Part shown: positions 56,198 to 58,074 of the stretch, piece by piece
Position numbering within the stretch: position 1 is the stretch's first letter
Layout of the letters: each line of letters starts with the position of its first letter
Origin: a virus
Taxonomy: Duplodnaviria; Caudoviricetes
DNA: 58,074 nt
Direction: 5' to 3' (one strand)
Virus record (IMG/VR): IMGVR_UViG_3300025120_000055
Span: 1-58,074 of that record
The notes under the pieces: generated by a model
Seen by the model: only the letters and a program-made list of their open reading frames with translations
What the model was told of the DNA's origin: nothing
The model's database searches: none
Made by a program: the position numbers and the translations under genes

Positions 56198-58074
56198 ATG
56201 GCAGAAAATCCAATATCAGGACATACAGCAGGAACTAACGATGGACTAAGAGACGGCGACCACATACTGTCTCCGTCTTTGACTAATATATACGAAGGAT
56301 TACATGGTAATGGTATACTAAACCCACATGATACCGCTTTCGGTAGTGGTGATAGAAACAATATCGCTAACCTACCGGGTGCTGTTACTAATTCTAGTAA
56401 TCATATTCTTTCTATCAAATCATTTCAGTCTATTCTTGATGGAGTATTGTATAATATAGATGATGGTTCAGGTGGTGCAACACTCAATCTTACTCTAGCA
56501 ACTGGTAGTAGCGACTTGTTATCAGGTACTTCTGTCACTGCTTTAACAAGCGGGCAGGAAACTATCTTCGCTATTCTCGCTGTAGGTGGTTTAGATGACG
56601 GTAGTGCGAAATTCGTTCAGGGTTCTATAGTTACTACTGCTGTAGGTAACTACCCATCTTTGTCAGGCAGTAGCGTAGATGCTTACCTAAAGATGAACGG
56701 AGTCGGAGCAGCAGCGAACAAACAAACCATGGTTATTGCTACTGTAAGAGCAACATTTAACGGCTCCCCAGCAGCGGGTAACAACCTTAATCTTACCATA
56801 TCTGAAATAAATGATAAGCGGGTATTTATTCGCCCTTCGCCTTTCTATCTATCCCCTGTTACCACAGGCTCTCCGGGCGATTCAGACCATCTAAACTCAC
56901 ACACTGCTCTAGCACAAATACACGGTAGTGGTGAACATGGTAACTTTGGTAACAACGGTGTCTTATGGATGTCGTATAACCAAGATGACAATGCACCTAA
57001 TCTTTACTTTAGCGAGGCTGACGCAAACGGCTCAAATCGACACACACATTTGCTCGGCCCTAGTCGTATCAAAGCATTAACAGCGAGTCGTGCCTTTGAG
57101 TTTGACGATGCACAAGTGTTCACCTTTACAGGTGCTAGTGCTAAAAATCTAACACCTACTGGGACATTCCCTCCCGGTCACACTGTTATAGCAACGGTGT
57201 TAAGTGGTGGTGTTGTGACATTCGACCCAAGTGGTCTTAACACAGCATTGACCGCTAGTGACGCTGTAATGTTTGTCTATAACGGCAGTGCTTGGGTAAA
57301 GGTCATACATAGTGGTACTAGTTCCTCATCATCAAGTGGTGGTACTGGGTTAGTTCAACTGTCAGACGGTAGCGGAGGTTACACAAGCGACGCTAAATTA
57401 TTTTGGACTACAGCCTCGTCTACGCTCACCGTCAACGGTAAACTCACTGTTACAGGGTTAATTGACCCTACTGGTTTAGTGATTGACGAGAAGGTCGATG
57501 TCGCCGCTACAGGGCATACTACAGCGGCTGGTAAGGGTTTAGTATGGGTTAAAAATGATGCACCTAACAGACTTTACTTCACTGATGATGCTGGGACTGA
57601 TAAGAAGGTTCTACACGCCACAGACAGTGTTACTGAACTGAGTGATGTTACAGCCGTAGGTTCGGGGTCTATCATCAGTGGTGCTGAGAGGACTAAACTA
57701 ACAAACATAGAGACTGCTGCTGATGTTACAGATGCAACAAATGTCAATGCTGCTATCGCTGGTCACACTTACACAGCAGCAACAGTCGCTGCTAACGACA
57801 AAATATTGATTCAGGATACAGATGGTAGTAATGCAGTCAAGACTGTTACTGCTTCTTCTATAGCAGCATTAGGCGGTGGCGGTGGCGGTGGCGGCTCTAG
57901 TATAGCAGATGCTGACAACGACACTAAGATAGATGTAGAAACTTCATCGGATGATGATAAAATAATCATGACTTCCGCCGGAACTGATTTAGTTGAGGTA
58001 ACAAAAGGAGCCTTATTAAATCCTAATTCTGTGAAACTGCTTAACGCAACTGCCCTTACCTTTCACGCAACCGA
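56198..58074 (+). CDS. Tail fibre protein, truncated by window end (absent from track)
   Basis: GAGGTGA RBS and ATG 56198; open to the window end: MAENPISGHTAG...MFVYNGSAW...ERTKLTNIETAADVTDATNV...GGGGGGGG-SSIADADNDTKIDVE (fibre-type motifs). Confidence 0.85.
   Translation, partial: MAENPISGHTAGTNDGLRDGDHILSPSLTNIYEGLHGNGILNPHDTAFGSGDRNNIANLPGAVTNSSNHILSIKSFQSILDGVLYNIDDGSGGATLNLTLATGSSDLLSGTSVTALTSGQETIFAILAVGGLDDGSAKFVQGSIVTTAVGNYPSLSGSSVDAYLKMNGVGAAANKQTMVIATVRATFNGSPAAGNNLNLTISEINDKRVFIRPSPFYLSPVTTGSPGDSDHLNSHTALAQIHGSGEHGNFGNNGVLWMSYNQDDNAPNLYFSEADANGSNRHTHLLGPSRIKALTASRAFEFDDAQVFTFTGASAKNLTPTGTFPPGHTVIATVLSGGVVTFDPSGLNTALTASDAVMFVYNGSAWVKVIHSGTSSSSSSGGTGLVQLSDGSGGYTSDAKLFWTTASSTLTVNGKLTVTGLIDPTGLVIDEKVDVAATGHTTAAGKGLVWVKNDAPNRLYFTDDAGTDKKVLHATDSVTELSDVTAVGSGSIISGAERTKLTNIETAADVTDATNVNAAIAGHTYTAATVAANDKILIQDTDGSNAVKTVTASSIAALGGGGGGGGSSIADADNDTKIDVETSSDDDKIIMTSAGTDLVEVTKGALLNPNSVKLLNATALTFHAT

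Larger units (their letters stand above)
1..58074 (+). mobile_element. Tailed archaeal virus genome segment (head-neck-tail module), probably magrovirus-like (Marine Group II Euryarchaeota virus)
   Basis: Co-oriented TerL, portal, prohead protease, HK97-type MCP, tail tube, tape measure and tail fibre. Recurrent GGTGA ribosome-binding sites 5-9 nt before starts (e.g. before 4190, 10535, 12688, 17048, 17392, 27282, 32518, 36221, 55852, 56198). No host housekeeping genes or integration boundary seen. Viral identity is strong; the MGII host is inference. Confidence 0.88.

Noticed and set aside
36832-56361. Many short minus-strand and alternative-frame ORFs inside the giant and tail genes
   Set aside because: Shadow ORFs of long coding regions; no RBS or motif support
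1-58074. tRNA, rRNA, integrase or att sites
   Set aside because: None recognised; intergenic gaps are very short (a tRNAscan-SE/Infernal run would be decisive)

Overview
This window is the virion morphogenesis region of a large tailed dsDNA virus (Caudoviricetes), almost all on the + strand and densely coded. Euryarchaeal GGTGA(T) ribosome-binding sites and the protein signatures point to an archaeal host. My best inference is a magrovirus-like virus of Marine Group II (Poseidoniales) Euryarchaeota; no database search was possible. Gene order: HNH-like ORF; a membrane-associated block built around an Arf/Ras-like small GTPase; putative TerS; several low-complexity proteins; TerL; HMG-CoA lyase; LAGLIDADG protein; portal; a 1804-aa protein with a degenerate DNA-ligase domain; prohead protease/scaffold; HK97-type major capsid protein; head decoration and neck proteins; decorated tail tube; tail chaperones; short tape measure; distal tail protein; a 6068-aa LamG-containing giant; baseplate hub; and a tail fibre cut by the window end. 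Two candidate undescribed systems stand out. (1) A virus-encoded small-GTPase and membrane-protein module (725-4438) that could remodel membranes or mediate egress. (2) An apparent capsid cargo and processing system: many head-region proteins carry hydrophobic-hydrophobic-K|S/A/G motifs like those in the MCP leader and scaffold, these sites bracket a pseudo-ligase and a very basic peptide and precede a LAGLIDADG domain, and a mini-scaffold paralogue shares the scaffold's C-terminal M[ST]WEE[IV]H motif. All family calls are from motif recognition by eye. No tRNA, rRNA or CRISPR array was seen.
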